This document shows, piece after piece, positions 47,085-61,018 of a stretch of DNA of 64,000 bases. Under the pieces are notes generated by a model. The model searched no databases. It was not told the origin of the DNA and was given only the letters and a program-made list of their open reading frames with translations. Position numbers and translations under genes: made by a program. Position 1 is the first letter of the stretch; every line of letters begins with the position of its first letter. Source of the DNA: Eledone cirrhosa (lineage: Eukaryota); assembly GCA_964016885.1 (NCBI GenBank), contig OZ024751.1, positions 49,848,001 through 49,912,000 of the forward strand, given 5' to 3'.

Positions 47085-47699
47085 GTATCATTTACATAAA
47101 TACAGCAGCCACTCACAATTAAGTGTACTTTGACACTAATATGCAGTAATTAATTTGCTAATAGTTTTATTTTGGGGACAAGGCGAGTAGACATGCAATC
47201 GCAAGCAGGCTCAGGCACGCCCTCTATCCCACTCTCTCGATCTATCGAAATATTCTAGGTATGATAACTGGAAGTTGAGAAGTTGAGAAGATTGCACACA
47301 GGGAACTTGGCGAATAATTTATATTATCGACCCTGTAAAGTAAATCAGGTTTGCACAGAGCAGCTTCTCACAGATGACATGCATAAGTCTAACCTTGGGT
47401 GGCATTTGAAAATCAGAACGTGGAAAAGATATAACTAGTATATTCTCTCGTGGTCTACTAACTTTGCAATCCATATCCAATGTTCCTCCCTTCTACCTTC
47501 CGTCCTCCCTTCCTTCCTTTCTCCCTCGAATCGGGATGAAGTCATGGAAGTTCCGTTGTTTCTTGGTCATTGTGAACCTGTTAGAGCCCTTCCCTTTCCT
47601 GGGTAAACAGAGAGGGAGAGAGAGAGAGACAGTCAGACAGCGTGAAAGAGAGGAGAGAGAGCCACAAACAGACAGGCAGAGAAAGAAGAATCAACACCA

Positions 47700-47830
47700 C
47701 CGTAGGCGCTGAGCTGGCCAGCCGCAGGTGTGAGCCTCGCGAGATGGAATGGCTCTTCCAGCGCATCTCCCTTACCATCCTCTGGAGAAACGCCTTCTCC
47801 ATTCTGTCCGCCGTCCGCCGGGGCTGTGAG
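47700..47830 (+). mobile_element. Remnant of the C-terminal end of a CRE-clade non-LTR retrotransposon
   Basis: GC-rich island translating GAELASRRCEPREMEWLFQRISLTILWRNAFSIL, resembling the CRE-type terminal motif FLFQRxSxAxQRGNAxxI. Confidence 0.55.
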
Positions 47831-48798
47831 GCGGTCAGCACGTGGTACCCCATTTACTCACAATCCAGAGAGATGGGGAGGGCGAGAGAGATGGAGGTGA
47901 TGAGAGTGGGTGTTCGGCTCCTCCGTGTTCGGACACATTGCACCTGACACAATTACCTGTCTATCCATCATGATTCAATGTTATCTATACGAACTGAACT
48001 ATTGTGTCCCTATTATTAGACTGATACTTTATTTGTGGAACCCCAAATTATAGTAGAGTGGATCCACGCGAGGTTTCAACTCAGAAAGATGCGTCATATG
48101 GGTATTGCTGTTTAGGAAGTATTCTAAACCTGACAGAGCCTATTTCTCTCCAGAGACAGACAAGAAGACAAAGACGAATGAAGATCAGCCCTGCAAAAGA
48201 CCGATATTTGACTGGTGATATATTTATTAAACCCAGGAATATAGCAGACAAATTGAACTTCGACGGGATTTGAAGTTAGAACGTGGATTACCTGAATGAA
48301 TACCGCAAGGGACTTTATTAGACACTCTAACGATTCTGACAACTGAGTGCTTTACGCCTACATTTAAATATTTGTCTATTCCGAAGTGTTATCGCAAATT
48401 TCTTGTAGAAAGTAAAAGAAATAATCCAATAAAACAAATGTTAAATATGAAAGTATATACTGTGTAGAAATTACAGAAGCATAGCGTGCAGTTGGGATGT
48501 GTGGCCATTACATCTGACAGGCTTACTTCATAGTTAGAAGAGTGTATTCTTTATTGCCAATATCTCTGGCTGGCGTTGAGAGGAAAATATTAGAGTTAGT
48601 AGAGTTAGTTTGCATATGTGTACATTACTGTTAGGGGGGGGGGGGGGGCAATTGAAAAATGTTTCCGCGTGTACTTGAACCTTTGTCTGTATGTATGAAT
48701 GTGTATGTGTGTCGTGATTGTGATTCTGACTGTGATTATATATGTGCATATATATTGTTCATATACATATATATGTACATACATATATATGTACATAC

Positions 48799-48832
<34 letters not shown>

Positions 48833-48927
48833 ATGTATGTATATGTATGTATATGTAAACGTACTCGCGAACGCGCACATGCCAACACACCTCCAAACAC
48901 AAAAACATCCATATATCTAAGTATGAG

Positions 48928-48973
<46 letters not shown>

Positions 48974-49170
48974 GAGGGGAGGGGGCTGTGTGGATGTGGA
49001 TGTGCAATGTCTGTGGGGGTCTATTAAGCTACAATCATTATAAATGGCTTGAAACAATAATTGCTGCACTAAGAAATGTATTGTAGATGTTAGTTGACAG
49101 TTTACAACAGGGCTTCAGGTTAAGACAATCCTTGGTACTTGGTGATAATGCATTTAGCATGTGTATATGC

Positions 49171-49220
<50 letters not shown>

Positions 49221-49387
49221 GTATGTAAGCGCGAAAGAAATCATAAGAGTCAACAACCATCTGAAACTGTGTAAATCTGTATATACACATGTACATATGT
49301 ATGTATATATGTATATGCACGTGTGCATGTGTATGTATATGCGCGGGGAGATAGAAATAATCGGGCTGGATACCAGATCGCGCGGTT

Positions 49388-49688
49388 AAACCACTGGGAG
49401 TGAAGGACCCCTAGTCTTTGTCAGGGCATTCTTCTAGAAGAAGGCAACTCAGGAAACTGGGATAACTCCGACATAAACCCTGCGGCTCAGTAGTTACCGA
49501 TGATGTTGATCTTTTCTTCTTTTCGGGTTATAGCTACTGTCAGAGAGTGGGATTGGCTCAGTGCACAGTCTTTCCTCACTTTAAAAAAATGTTCACGCTC
49601 AGGCATTGTACGATATCGTTAATTAATAATTATTAATAATGGTATATCATGCAATGGCCATACTCGATCACGAGAGGGCAACCATCAT
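49388..49688 (+). mobile_element. Related RTE-like non-autonomous subfamily
   Basis: tttgtcagggcattcttctagaagaaggcaactc ... ggccatactcgatcacgagagggcaaccatcat. Confidence 0.6.
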
Positions 49689-50238
49689 GCATGTATATCT
49701 GGATTAGAGTTAGAATTAGAGGAATTACACGTCACTGCAGACTATGAGCCTTGTTGCTGAATTAGTATGGATTCGTTCTTTGTTAGAGATTTATATAGTA
49801 TTCATTAAGGAAAAGCGTGACTCTTATTACTATAGAGTACAGAAAAAAAAGTCCACAGTAACAAGACTCAAACCTGGTCTTAACGATATATACATTTCTG
49901 ACTTAACAATTTCAATGAACAGGTTATAGACAAATCCAGATTCTGGCATCAACTTTCACTTACGATGGTTTAGTAGCGAGCTCCTTAACCACATATCTTC
50001 GTTTATATATTTACGATATTACAGTTTGCAGGTTTTCAAACATAATTCTTCTCCTGATACAGAGGAAAAAGGTAAATCAAGATATATTAGAATTGCCGTA
50101 TGGTTACTGAGGCAGAACAATCCTAAATAGCCAGAACATCACACCAAGCTGCACTGCAAAGAAGCTTATATTTAATGTATTCTTTATAGCCACGTATTCT
50201 CGTCTATCACACGCTCGTGTACGGGCATATATATATAA

Positions 50239-50270
<32 letters not shown>

Positions 50271-50350
50271 AAGTATATATATAATGTATATCTGTCTGTG
50301 AGTATTGCAGTGAAGGTTTAAAATCCCATTCTACTTTAAACACACACAGA

Positions 50351-50409
<59 letters not shown>

Positions 50410-50601
50410 TTTCCTGAATCCTACCATTTTCGTTGCTATGACAATGCGGCTGGACTGCCGATCGCTATATTTGATTTGCAAAGCTGTCTAAACGTATTGT
50501 TATTACTCTGGAGTATTATTCTCTATCGAGTGCTAAAGCTACATTCCGAATTTGCATTCGTTAGCTTAGCCGCAGCCTAAAGCTTCGTTAATGCTGTACT
50601 A

Positions 50602-50645
<44 letters not shown>

Positions 50646-51413
50646 GAGATATTACTAGTTAAGTCCAGCAACATAGTACACTATACTTAAGAAAAATAGA
50701 CGTTAGATATTATTATAGTTATTTCTTGTCCGAGAGCTAAGCTTAAACCGTTTTGGTAGTATTGGAAATTTACCAGATTAATTTAACTTCAATCAAATCT
50801 ATCTCTTCGAGGTGGAGGCATAGATTGATTGACAGGTATTTATTACTTACGGAAAGTAGAGTAAAGATTTCATGGGTACTTATTGTGCTACGACCAAGTT
50901 TCAACCATTTCGATAACAAATGAAGAATATATCAAATTGCTGTTACCGCAGTTGTTTTCTCTATTTTCTCAATGTTCTTATTGTTTTTTCTTGTCCGAAG
51001 GTTGAGATATTGGTATATATATATATCTATATATAAATGGATAACTATAGATTAACAGACGAAGATATACATAGACAGACAATTATAGAGGTAGGTAGGT
51101 AGATAGATAGAGAGATCAGTACATAGATAGACAGTTCGGACAGACAGATAAATGTTGTATTCCTTTCCAAAGACATATAGATATATAGAGAGGTAGCTAT
51201 TGATATCTACTGTTTGACCACTGAACATCTTATCAACATTGAGCGAGAGAGAGAGCGATGTAGTTTATGTCTCAAACGCTTCTGTTTTCATATAAAGATA
51301 TACTCACATATATATAGGTGCGTGTGTGTCCTAAATATGTGTTATACACATTTACATTCCTATGCACACATATATACATACATACACGCACGTACATATA
51401 TATATATGTGTGT

Positions 51414-51549
<136 letters not shown>

Positions 51550-51586
51550 ATGAGTGCATGTATGTATATCTGCAATCTTTGCTGAA

Positions 51587-51722
51587 TATGTATGCTGTAT
51601 CTTTTATACTAGAACTGAGAATCAATTAGGAACAGTAAAGTAACAACGTATATATATATATATATATATACGTTGCTACTTTACTGTTTTTAATTGATTC
51701 TCAGTTCTAGTATAAAAGATAC

Positions 51723-51727
<5 letters not shown>
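51587..51727. repeat. Palindrome with 60-bp arms centred on (TA)n
   Basis: gtatcttttatactagaactgagaatcaatta...acg (TA)n cgt...taattgattctcagttctagtataaaagatac. Confidence 0.85.
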
Positions 51728-51759
<32 letters not shown>

Positions 51760-53037
51760 CGTACAAACTAAATTCTATTTACTTTATGTAAATATATATT
51801 CCATCCCACCTCCCACTCCACACTTTGTAATCCTCTTCTCTCGTCTTTGACCTAACATACTTCATATGATACATAATTTGCATGTATTAAGCTACATATC
51901 ATATTCTACTAACTCGGCCATTTTGATACACAGCTAGTTTGGAACTATTTTCAACGCTTATATTAATATATTCTCTGCTGGTTTAATTCTGTATTTTGTG
52001 TCTGCATAAATAACTTATATTAATTCCCTTTGCTTGAAAGAATAATGTGGCATTGTGATATTTAGGAAATCGTTGTATCTTGCTTGAATTATTACAGAAT
52101 ATATAGAAGGTAGTGTATTATTGTAAGCAGTAACTATGCAAATCTATCATTAACAACAGTTTTAAAGATATTGAAACTTTACCTTGAGTGTATATATAAC
52201 TAGTCTTAATATGTTTATGCATGAAACCGAATATATAAAAGTCTCATGCCTCTTTTGTTCTCATAACATATTTGATAAAGGAACATATACACGAAATATT
52301 TGGACCATTTGAGGAATCATTTTAACGTATGTGTTGTTGTTGTTATAAAGTTAGATTTGAATTAGCCATTTATATAACTGTTTTATTCTCTAAGGAAGCA
52401 CCAACTGATATTTAATGTATAAATCGTTTAAATATATATTTACATAAATTGCTAGTAACCACAAAGTTAAGTTTGGAAATGACAGCATATACAGTAAAAA
52501 ACAACACAGTTTATGGCGAATTCAAAATATATATCTAAATTGAACCTTATCAAAATATATACCTAAATTAAAATTATATTATTAAAGCTAATCTTAAAAA
52601 ACAACCTAACCTTAAATCTTTATCTAAACATAAAATTAAAACCCAAATTTATACAGAAACAACAATCCTCAGATATAAACCTTTAACACAATTCTTAACT
52701 CTAAAGTATAAATTAAAAATCATTATATAACCTAGGCTCAAAAACTATCAACGAAAACAGACATTAATTAGCTTAAAATCGGTATTTTTTAAAATTCTAA
52801 CTCTATCTGAAACTTTGTTTTCTCTAACCTTTTCTCTATATCTCTTCTGATTGTAAATCTATTTCATAGGCGGAATACTAAACCATAATCCTGACCTAAC
52901 ACTCTAATTATTAACCGGAATGTATCCGTATAGAGTAAATTCTTGACCGTAGAAATAAACACAAACCCTACCTCTAATTTTAACATAAGCTCGAAACCGC
53001 AACCCTTAATGTTTAAGTATGATTACACTTCTAAATA

Positions 53038-53224
53038 ATTGTTTCTACGTTTGGCACAAGGCCAGAAATTACCCAGTGTATTACTGGTACTTTATTTTAT
53101 CGACCCCGTAAGGATGAAAGGCAAAGTTAACCTCGGCGGGATTTGAACTCAGAATGGCAAGGGCCGTAACTCTATGCGTCAAAGCATGGCGTCCGACCCT
53201 CTACCGATACTGCCAATCCACGCC
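53038..53224 (-). mobile_element. SINE family A
   Basis: Full-length reverse-complement match. Confidence 0.9.
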
Positions 53225-53257
53225 TATTTCTAACCCATAGAACATATCACATTCTGG

Positions 53258-53288
<31 letters not shown>

Positions 53289-53322
53289 CTCTCTCGCTCT
53301 CTCTCGCTCTCTCTCTCTCTCC

Positions 53323-53394
<72 letters not shown>

Positions 53395-54290
53395 CAATCC
53401 CTCTCTTACTCATTCTCTATCTCACGCTCTCTTTCTTTTTCTCTCTCCCTATCTCGTTCATGTTCTTCAATTCTCTGACGCTCCTTCAAAATGAAAATAG
53501 TGAATAAATATTTTTTAGAAGGGCATGGAAAGAAACGCCTACTAACATATGCATTGACAACGGCATCTCATTAACATTGCAATAATATCTCATTAACATT
53601 GCTTTAACTTAAAATTGCTTCAATATCTAATTATCAAGTTAATTTTTTAATTCATTTTCAGGTTGTATTTATCATTAATGTATGCACATGTATCAGTTTC
53701 TTTCATTATATTTAACCTTTGAAAAACCACAACAGAAATGTCTTCTCTCTTCTTCTCTTAGAATACAATTTATCGGAAATTACCTGGTTTCCCACCCCTC
53801 CATCCTAACACCTTTCACATGGTACACATACAGACATACACTTATGTAAACATCCTGACAGACACACACGCATATATACATACATATAAACACACACAAT
53901 CACAAACTCCCACGCAAACACATTTCTCATTCTATCCACCCAACACCGCCACTCTCTCTCTCTATCTCTCTCTCTCTCACTCACTCTCTCTCTCTCACTC
54001 ACTCTCTCTCTCTCACTCACTCTCTCTCTCTCTCTCTCACTCACTCTCTCTCCCTCTCTCTCTCTTTGCTGACTTTAATCTTTCGTGATGAAAGACTAAC
54101 GTGCGATCCATTGAGACATTCTTTTTCAACAAATGTGAATCTCATAAGACTTTTTGTAATCTTTGGAACTATGCATACATACATACCTACATACATGCAT
54201 ACATACATACATGCATACATGCATACATACATACATACATACATACATACATACATACATACATACATACATACATACATACATACATAC

Positions 54291-57174
54291 ACAAAAAACC
54301 TCACTCCTCACCAACAAAGAGTGAAAAATAAAATAGAGACGATGTTTGGTAACAGTAGAACCAGAACTCTCCAATATAAGCTGATCACCCTCAAACAAGA
54401 ATTGAGAGCTGTTAGCGAAAAACGCCGATACCTCTAGAAGGTAGATGAGAGAAAAATGCTTAATAAAAGATTCAGACGAAACCAAACATCAGTCTATAGA
54501 GATATGAAGGGCAAAATAATAAGTGTCACTGAGGCCCCATCCCAGAAAGACATAGATTCCTTTTGGAGAAAAATATGGGGTGAAAAGAAGAATTTCAACC
54601 AAGATGCAGTGTGGCTAAGAGAAATCCGAAAGAACTATTGCTCCTACACTACAACAAAAACATACGAAATAAGTGAGGGTACCCTTGAGACTGTGATAGG
54701 AAAACTCCAAGATAAGAAAACACCAGGAAGAGACATGATTGTCGGCTACTGGTACAAAAAACTAATATTCTATCGGAGGTATCTTACTGACCTCTACCAA
54801 CAAGTTCTTAAGGGAGATACACTTATACCAGAATGGTTGACATTAGCACAAACGTTACTGGTCTCCAATATCAAAGACACCCACTTGGCAAAAAACTACC
54901 GACCCATTGCATGCCAGAACCTAATGTATAAGATGTATACAGCCTGCCTCAACCTATTCCTCCAAGATCACTGTGAAAATAATAACATCATCGCAGATGA
55001 ACAAGCAGCTGGAAAAAAAAGGATTTGGGGATGTGCTGAACAACTCCTAATCAACAAAACTGCGATGTCGGAGGTGCGACAACTTAGGAGGAATATGACT
55101 ACAGTCTGGGTGGACTACAAGAAAGCTTTCGATTCTGTTCCCCACTCTTGGATGATAGGGGCCCTCCAACTTGCTAAAGTCCCAGACATTATTGTCAGAG
55201 CCATAGAGAGGCTGTCTTCTTCTTGGGCTACAGGTTAAAGACAGAGAGAGAGGACTCTATTTTCACTGATAAAATAAAATATTGCAGGGGTATATTTCAG
55301 GGGGACAGTCGCTCTGTGATATTGTTCATCTTGTCATTAAACCCCTTGTCCTTTCTGCTCAAGAAATGTGAGGGATACATCATTGGCTCACAGGAGGACA
55401 TAAATACGAACCTAACCCATAACTTCTTTGTGGACGATCTGAAACTCTATGCCAAGAATATGGATGGGATGAAGAAAAATCTGGACCTGGTTACAACGTT
55501 CTCAAAGGATATAGGAATGGAGTTTGGCCAAGATAAATGCTCATACATGACTGTAAAGCGGGGGAAAACAACGACCCAATCTAGCAACATTGTCATCAAT
55601 GGTCTAACTGTTTCACCGATATCTGATGAGGACTGCTACAGATACCTGGGGATAGATGAGAACATATCCTATAATGGTATCTGTAATAAAGAACGCGTAA
55701 CCAGGGAATACTACACCCGATTAAGAAAGATCTGATCATCGGAACTCTCTGCACAAAACAAAACATTGGCTCACAATGTGTTTGCTGTGCCTGTCCTAAC
55801 ACCAACGTTTGGAATACTCAATTGGACGATAGACGAAATCCAAGCAGTTGATGTTGGAACTCGAAAAATACTGAACAACACCGGAAACTTCCACATCAAC
55901 AGTGACATAGACCGCCTTTACTTGAAACGTAGGAAGGGAGTCAGAGGCCTAACATCAGTCCAGACAACATTTGAATGTCGCATCATATCTCTCCGACAAC
56001 ATCTACGAACCTCGAAGCGTAGGAGCCCGCTTCTCGAGCAAGTCTAACTACATGAAACAGATAAGATCATGAGAGTTGGGAAGGAACTCCTTGAGAGATA
56101 TTCCCTGTGTGATAATCAAAACCTCACACCCAGGGATGTCGCTCAGCAGTATCGCAGTGAATCCATGGAAGAAAAACTGCATGCCTATCAGCAAAAAAAT
56201 CATGCATGGATATGTTGCCAGGAAGCTCCAGAGTGAGAGTAATATAGATAAGGAAAGTAGTCTATCTTGGACCAACAACCGCTATATTGGCTCCCACTTT
56301 GAAGGATACGCTTTTGCAATCCAAGAACAGGAGATTAGCACAAAATACCTGATTCACAAAAGAGATAGGGATGCAGGCAAAACACCTAGATGTGATAACA
56401 AGTGCAGACTCTGCAGAACTAACATCGAGGATATCACCCATGTCATCAGCAGCTGCCCAAAGATGTCATCGCGTTACTATCTACCTATGAGGCATGATGT
56501 AGTGGCCAAAACACTTTACAATGCAGTTCGTAAAAAAGATAGCCCCGATGATAAACACATTAAAAGCTACAACAATGTGGAAGACATCCATGTACATACT
56601 ATGAAAGAGTACTGGTGGAATGTTCCAGTAAAAAACCCCAATAAAATGCAGGCATAACAGACCAGATATTATGATATGGGACAGGGAGAAGAAAACATGC
56701 ACAGTAGTGGAAATTAGCTGCCCAGCAGATGCCAATATAATTTATGCCTGTGATTATTGGGGCACTGGGATATGTTAGTAACTGCCTCAATACAAATCTT
56801 GAGAAGCTAGGCTTCACAGGAACAGAAAGAACACAACTAGTTAGGAAATTACAAGTACAATCCATTAATGGAACAGTAAAAATATGTAAAACATTCCAAA
56901 AATGTTGCATCTAATAACTGCATATACACATGCACACATACAACTCAAAACAGACACATCCACACATACAAAGCATATACACATGCACACATACAACTCA
57001 AAACATACACATCCACACATACAATAACATCCATATCTACACATGCATCCATGCAGACATACATATCTACCTAGTTGATGTTGTGTAAATTCCAATGAGA
57101 GAGTCTTGTGTCTATGTTAGAAACCGACTCTCTCTCTATTGGTAAAACTTTGTGAAATTATAAAACCAGAAGAA
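54291..57174 (+). mobile_element. 5'-truncated, decayed non-LTR retrotransposon with RT and restriction-like endonuclease, R4/Dong-like
   Basis: Broken ORFs with YRPIAC, DYKKAFDSVPH, GIFQGDS, FFVDDLKLY, YRYLG, a CCHC knuckle (CRLC..EDITHVISSC), RHD and RPDIMIWD..VVEISCP. Several stops and frameshifts. Flanked by (TACA)n. Confidence 0.92.
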
Positions 57175-57320
57175 CACATACATACATATCTGCATATCTG
57201 CATGCATACATTTGGCTGAATTGAATAAAAATTAAGAATCTGCTTATTATACATTGTTGTATTCTTGTATGCGTATTTTTATTAACAGCATGTTTATATA
57301 TATATATATACAGTATATAT

Positions 57321-57411
<91 letters not shown>

Positions 57412-57415
57412 GTGT

Positions 57416-57483
<68 letters not shown>

Positions 57484-57498
57484 CTATGTATGTTTGTA

Positions 57499-57530
<32 letters not shown>

Positions 57531-57790
57531 CATATATATATACATATATATATACATATACATATATATACATATATATATATACATATACATATATATA
57601 TATATAATATAATATATTGTATTGTTTTCTTTTGTTACTGATTTACTAATTAACTAATTAACTAATTAACTAACACAAGCATGTTTTCTCTCTTTCTTCT
57701 CTTCCTTTTTTGGATATTTTTTTCTCAACTCTGCCACCTTGAAACCCCGAACCGTGGAACGAACGACGGAAATGAACGAATATTTACCAG

Positions 57791-57898
57791 GTTATGGTCT
57801 CACTGGACCTCGGGGCCAACCAGGATATCCGGGCCAAAAGGGAGATAAAGGATCTAAAGGCGAAATAGGTGAACGTGGTCTGAAAGGAGATCGAGGCG
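57791..57898 (+). CDS. 108-nt collagen exon, (G)YGLTGPRGQPGYPGQKGDKGSKGEIGERGLKGDRG, phase 1-1
   Basis: ttaccag acceptor, eleven consecutive Gly-X-Y triplets, gtcagt donor. Lies inside ORF 57739..57960. Confidence 0.9.
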
Positions 57899-58268
57899 GT
57901 CAGTATTCTGTCTATCACGCACAGCACGGATATATTCTGCAAGGTTATGGACGACATTAATTGGTTCATGATTTTATTCATATATATATATATATTTAAA
58001 CAAACAATGTACGAAGCCGAATTATCGGCTTTTGAAGAACTGAGAATATATGTATATATATATAAATATAAGGAAAGTTCTCAAGCACAAAAACGCTATG
58101 AAGATATGGGGTTCAGTTCCTTATAGTGACCGATAGCAATTTCTTTTTCCATCTTTCAAGGGTCTTCAACTTATTTTATAAGCTATGTTTATAGCATTTC
58201 TGCACTTGAGCCCTTTCTTCATATTTATATATATATACATATATATATTTATTTATTCATTTATATAT

Positions 58269-58315
<47 letters not shown>

Positions 58316-58696
58316 TTCATCTCCCTCTCTATATATGTACATGTTTCATTTTGTTTGTCCATTTGTTTTAAATGTGCATCTATGTCAGGGGAGGTAAACC
58401 GTACTTTAGAGCGTGGAGAAAATATTTTGATTTACAACTAAATATAACCCGAAGAAAAAAACATCATCATTAACAACCACAAATACAAAAACAACAAGAA
58501 TAACTTCAACAAAAATAACAACCATGACAATAACAACAACAATAGCAGAGACAAAATATACAAAAAGAAAAACAATACAAAACAATGAGCAATAACAATG
58601 GAAGACTCCTTCTTACATCACAACACGTGTCCATCCCTTACAACACACATATATATATATATGTGTGTGTGTGTGTGATATATATATATATACACA

Positions 58697-58797
<101 letters not shown>

Positions 58798-58863
58798 GTG
58801 TAGAAAAAGGAGGTTGAAAATACAGTTTGAGGTTTTAAGAGGGTTTATTTACAATAACTCATG

Positions 58864-58901
58864 ACTTTACCGGTTTCACAAGTTTCATGATTTTCAAAAG
58901 T
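58864..58901 (-). ncRNA. Variant hammerhead, U3-A8 core
   Basis: Minus strand: actt TTGAAAA tcatgaaacttgt GAAAC CG GTA aagt. Confidence 0.6.
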
Positions 58902-59085
58902 TACGAGAGATAGAAAGAGATGTGGCTAAAAGGACTTTGACCATAGGTCAGCTGTACTATCAGCTCTAACATAGAATTAAGAAAAAAACACTAATAACCC
59001 TCTATCAATATAAACTATTTAATGAGAATTTAAACACATCTATAAATATAAAAACACATACATACATAAGTACATACATACATAA

Positions 59086-59116
<31 letters not shown>

Positions 59117-59165
59117 CATACATACATACATACATACATACATACATACATACATACATACATAC

Positions 59166-59775
59166 ATGGTGGCTGCCAACTCGTTTTCGAGTACGGCTAC
59201 TACTTTATATCCATGTAGGAGAACCCCTACCTATGCGCTGAACGAGTGTGACTTTTTAGTCCAGCCAGCGACTTGAAAACTCTGGTACAAACACTACACT
59301 TGTGACAATTATTGACACATAATGCTGGGCCCATGGTACCATGTGACGACAAGTGCAGAGAGATCTCCAGATATAAAGCAATGCTTGTGCCGTGAAGCTT
59401 TTATAGTGAGCAAAGGCACTGCACAAAGCCAGTGCCACTCTCTTAACCAAGATGATATTTACCAAAAAGAAGGACAAGTCAACATCATTGGATACCATCA
59501 GGGTTGCAGGTGTTATATCAGAGTTTTCCTTCTCCTAGAATTCTGCCTTGACAAAGGCTAAGGGGTCATCTCTCCCGGTGATTTTGGATGGCCATTGACT
59601 CTTAAGAGCTCCTTTGCCCTTTGACAGGTTTTGTTTTTAGTCCTGCAGGATGTCCAAAGTCACCCTCCTCACCAAGAAACCTTGGTGGGGTTGCCAGTTT
59701 AGGCGCCAACGACCCGACCATGAGACAGGTTGTACTGGGATACATATTACCAGTAGCACCAACTGGTGACCTGAC
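59166..59775 (-). mobile_element. Non-autonomous RTE-like retroposon, longest copy
   Basis: Flanked by (TACA)n and homologous to 10586-11150. Confidence 0.7.
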
Positions 59776-59896
59776 ATACATACATACATACATACATACA
59801 TACATACATACATACATACATACATACATACATACATACATGCACGCATTCATACATACATACATACATACATACATACATACATACATACATACA

Positions 59897-59927
<31 letters not shown>

Positions 59928-59931
59928 TTTC

Positions 59932-60334
59932 ATAGTGGCTGCCAACTCGTTTTCGAGTACGGCCACTACTTTATATCCATGTAGGAGAACCCCTACCGAT
60001 GCGCTGAATGAGTGTGACTTTTTAATCCAGCCAGCGACTTGAAAACTCTGGTACAAACACTACACTTGTGACAATTACTGACACATAGTGCTGGTCCCAT
60101 GGTACCATGTGATGACAAGTGCAGAGAGATCTCCAGATATAAAGCAATGCCTGTGCCGTGAAGCTTTTATAGTGAGCAAAGGCACTGCACAAAGCCAGTC
60201 CCACTCTCTTAACCAAGATAATATTTACCAAAAAGAAGAACAAGTCAACATCATTGGATACCATCAGGGTTGCAGGTGTTATATCAGAGTTTTCCTTCTC
60301 ATAGAATTCTGCCTTGACAAAGGCTAAGGGGTCA
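59932..60334 (-). mobile_element. 5'-truncated copy of the same retroposon
   Basis: Matches 59166-59568, with (TACA)n on both sides. Confidence 0.7.
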
Positions 60335-60374
60335 TACATACATACATACATACATACATACATACATACATACA

Positions 60375-60407
<33 letters not shown>

Positions 60408-60745
60408 GACAGAGAGGAGGAGATAGAATTAGAGAGAATGAGAGTGGTGGATGGTAATGTTGTCTGTTAAATATATCACACATATACATGTCTGGAACTG
60501 TTTAGGAAAATAAACGTAATTATTTCCTCCTACAGACGATGATAGATACAGTCTTTGTTGGTTATTAAACTCTAGAGGCGATTGTTTCTATGATTTTGGC
60601 AATTCCTGTGTGTAGGAGCTTCCACTTTCCTTACCTCCATCTCCTACAAATAATTAAGTCGTACGAAGGAAATAAAAGATGATAGATTGTGCAAAAATAT
60701 AATTAAGAAGCTAATAGACTGATATATATATATATATATATATAT

Positions 60746-60943
60746 AGGAAAGAGTAGGACCCCGACGGCTGAGCTCAAGCCGTTTCGACGGCTAATTCTG
60801 GACTCCAATCCAGAATTAGCCGTCGAAACGGCTTGAGCTCAGCCGTCGGGGTCCTACTCGTTCCTATTACCCACTATACTACCCTAAGTATTGAGTACTT
60901 TGGTGCGTTATGGTCCACCTGGTTCCTTACCACATTTCCTTCG

Positions 60944-60945
<2 letters not shown>
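60746..60945 (+). mobile_element. Fold-back island, family X
   Basis: Near-perfect 56-bp arms. Sense arm GAAAC ggct-tgagctc-agcc GTC ggggtcc is hammerhead stem III plus cleavage triplet. (TA)n on both sides. Confidence 0.85.
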
Positions 60946-61018
<73 letters not shown>

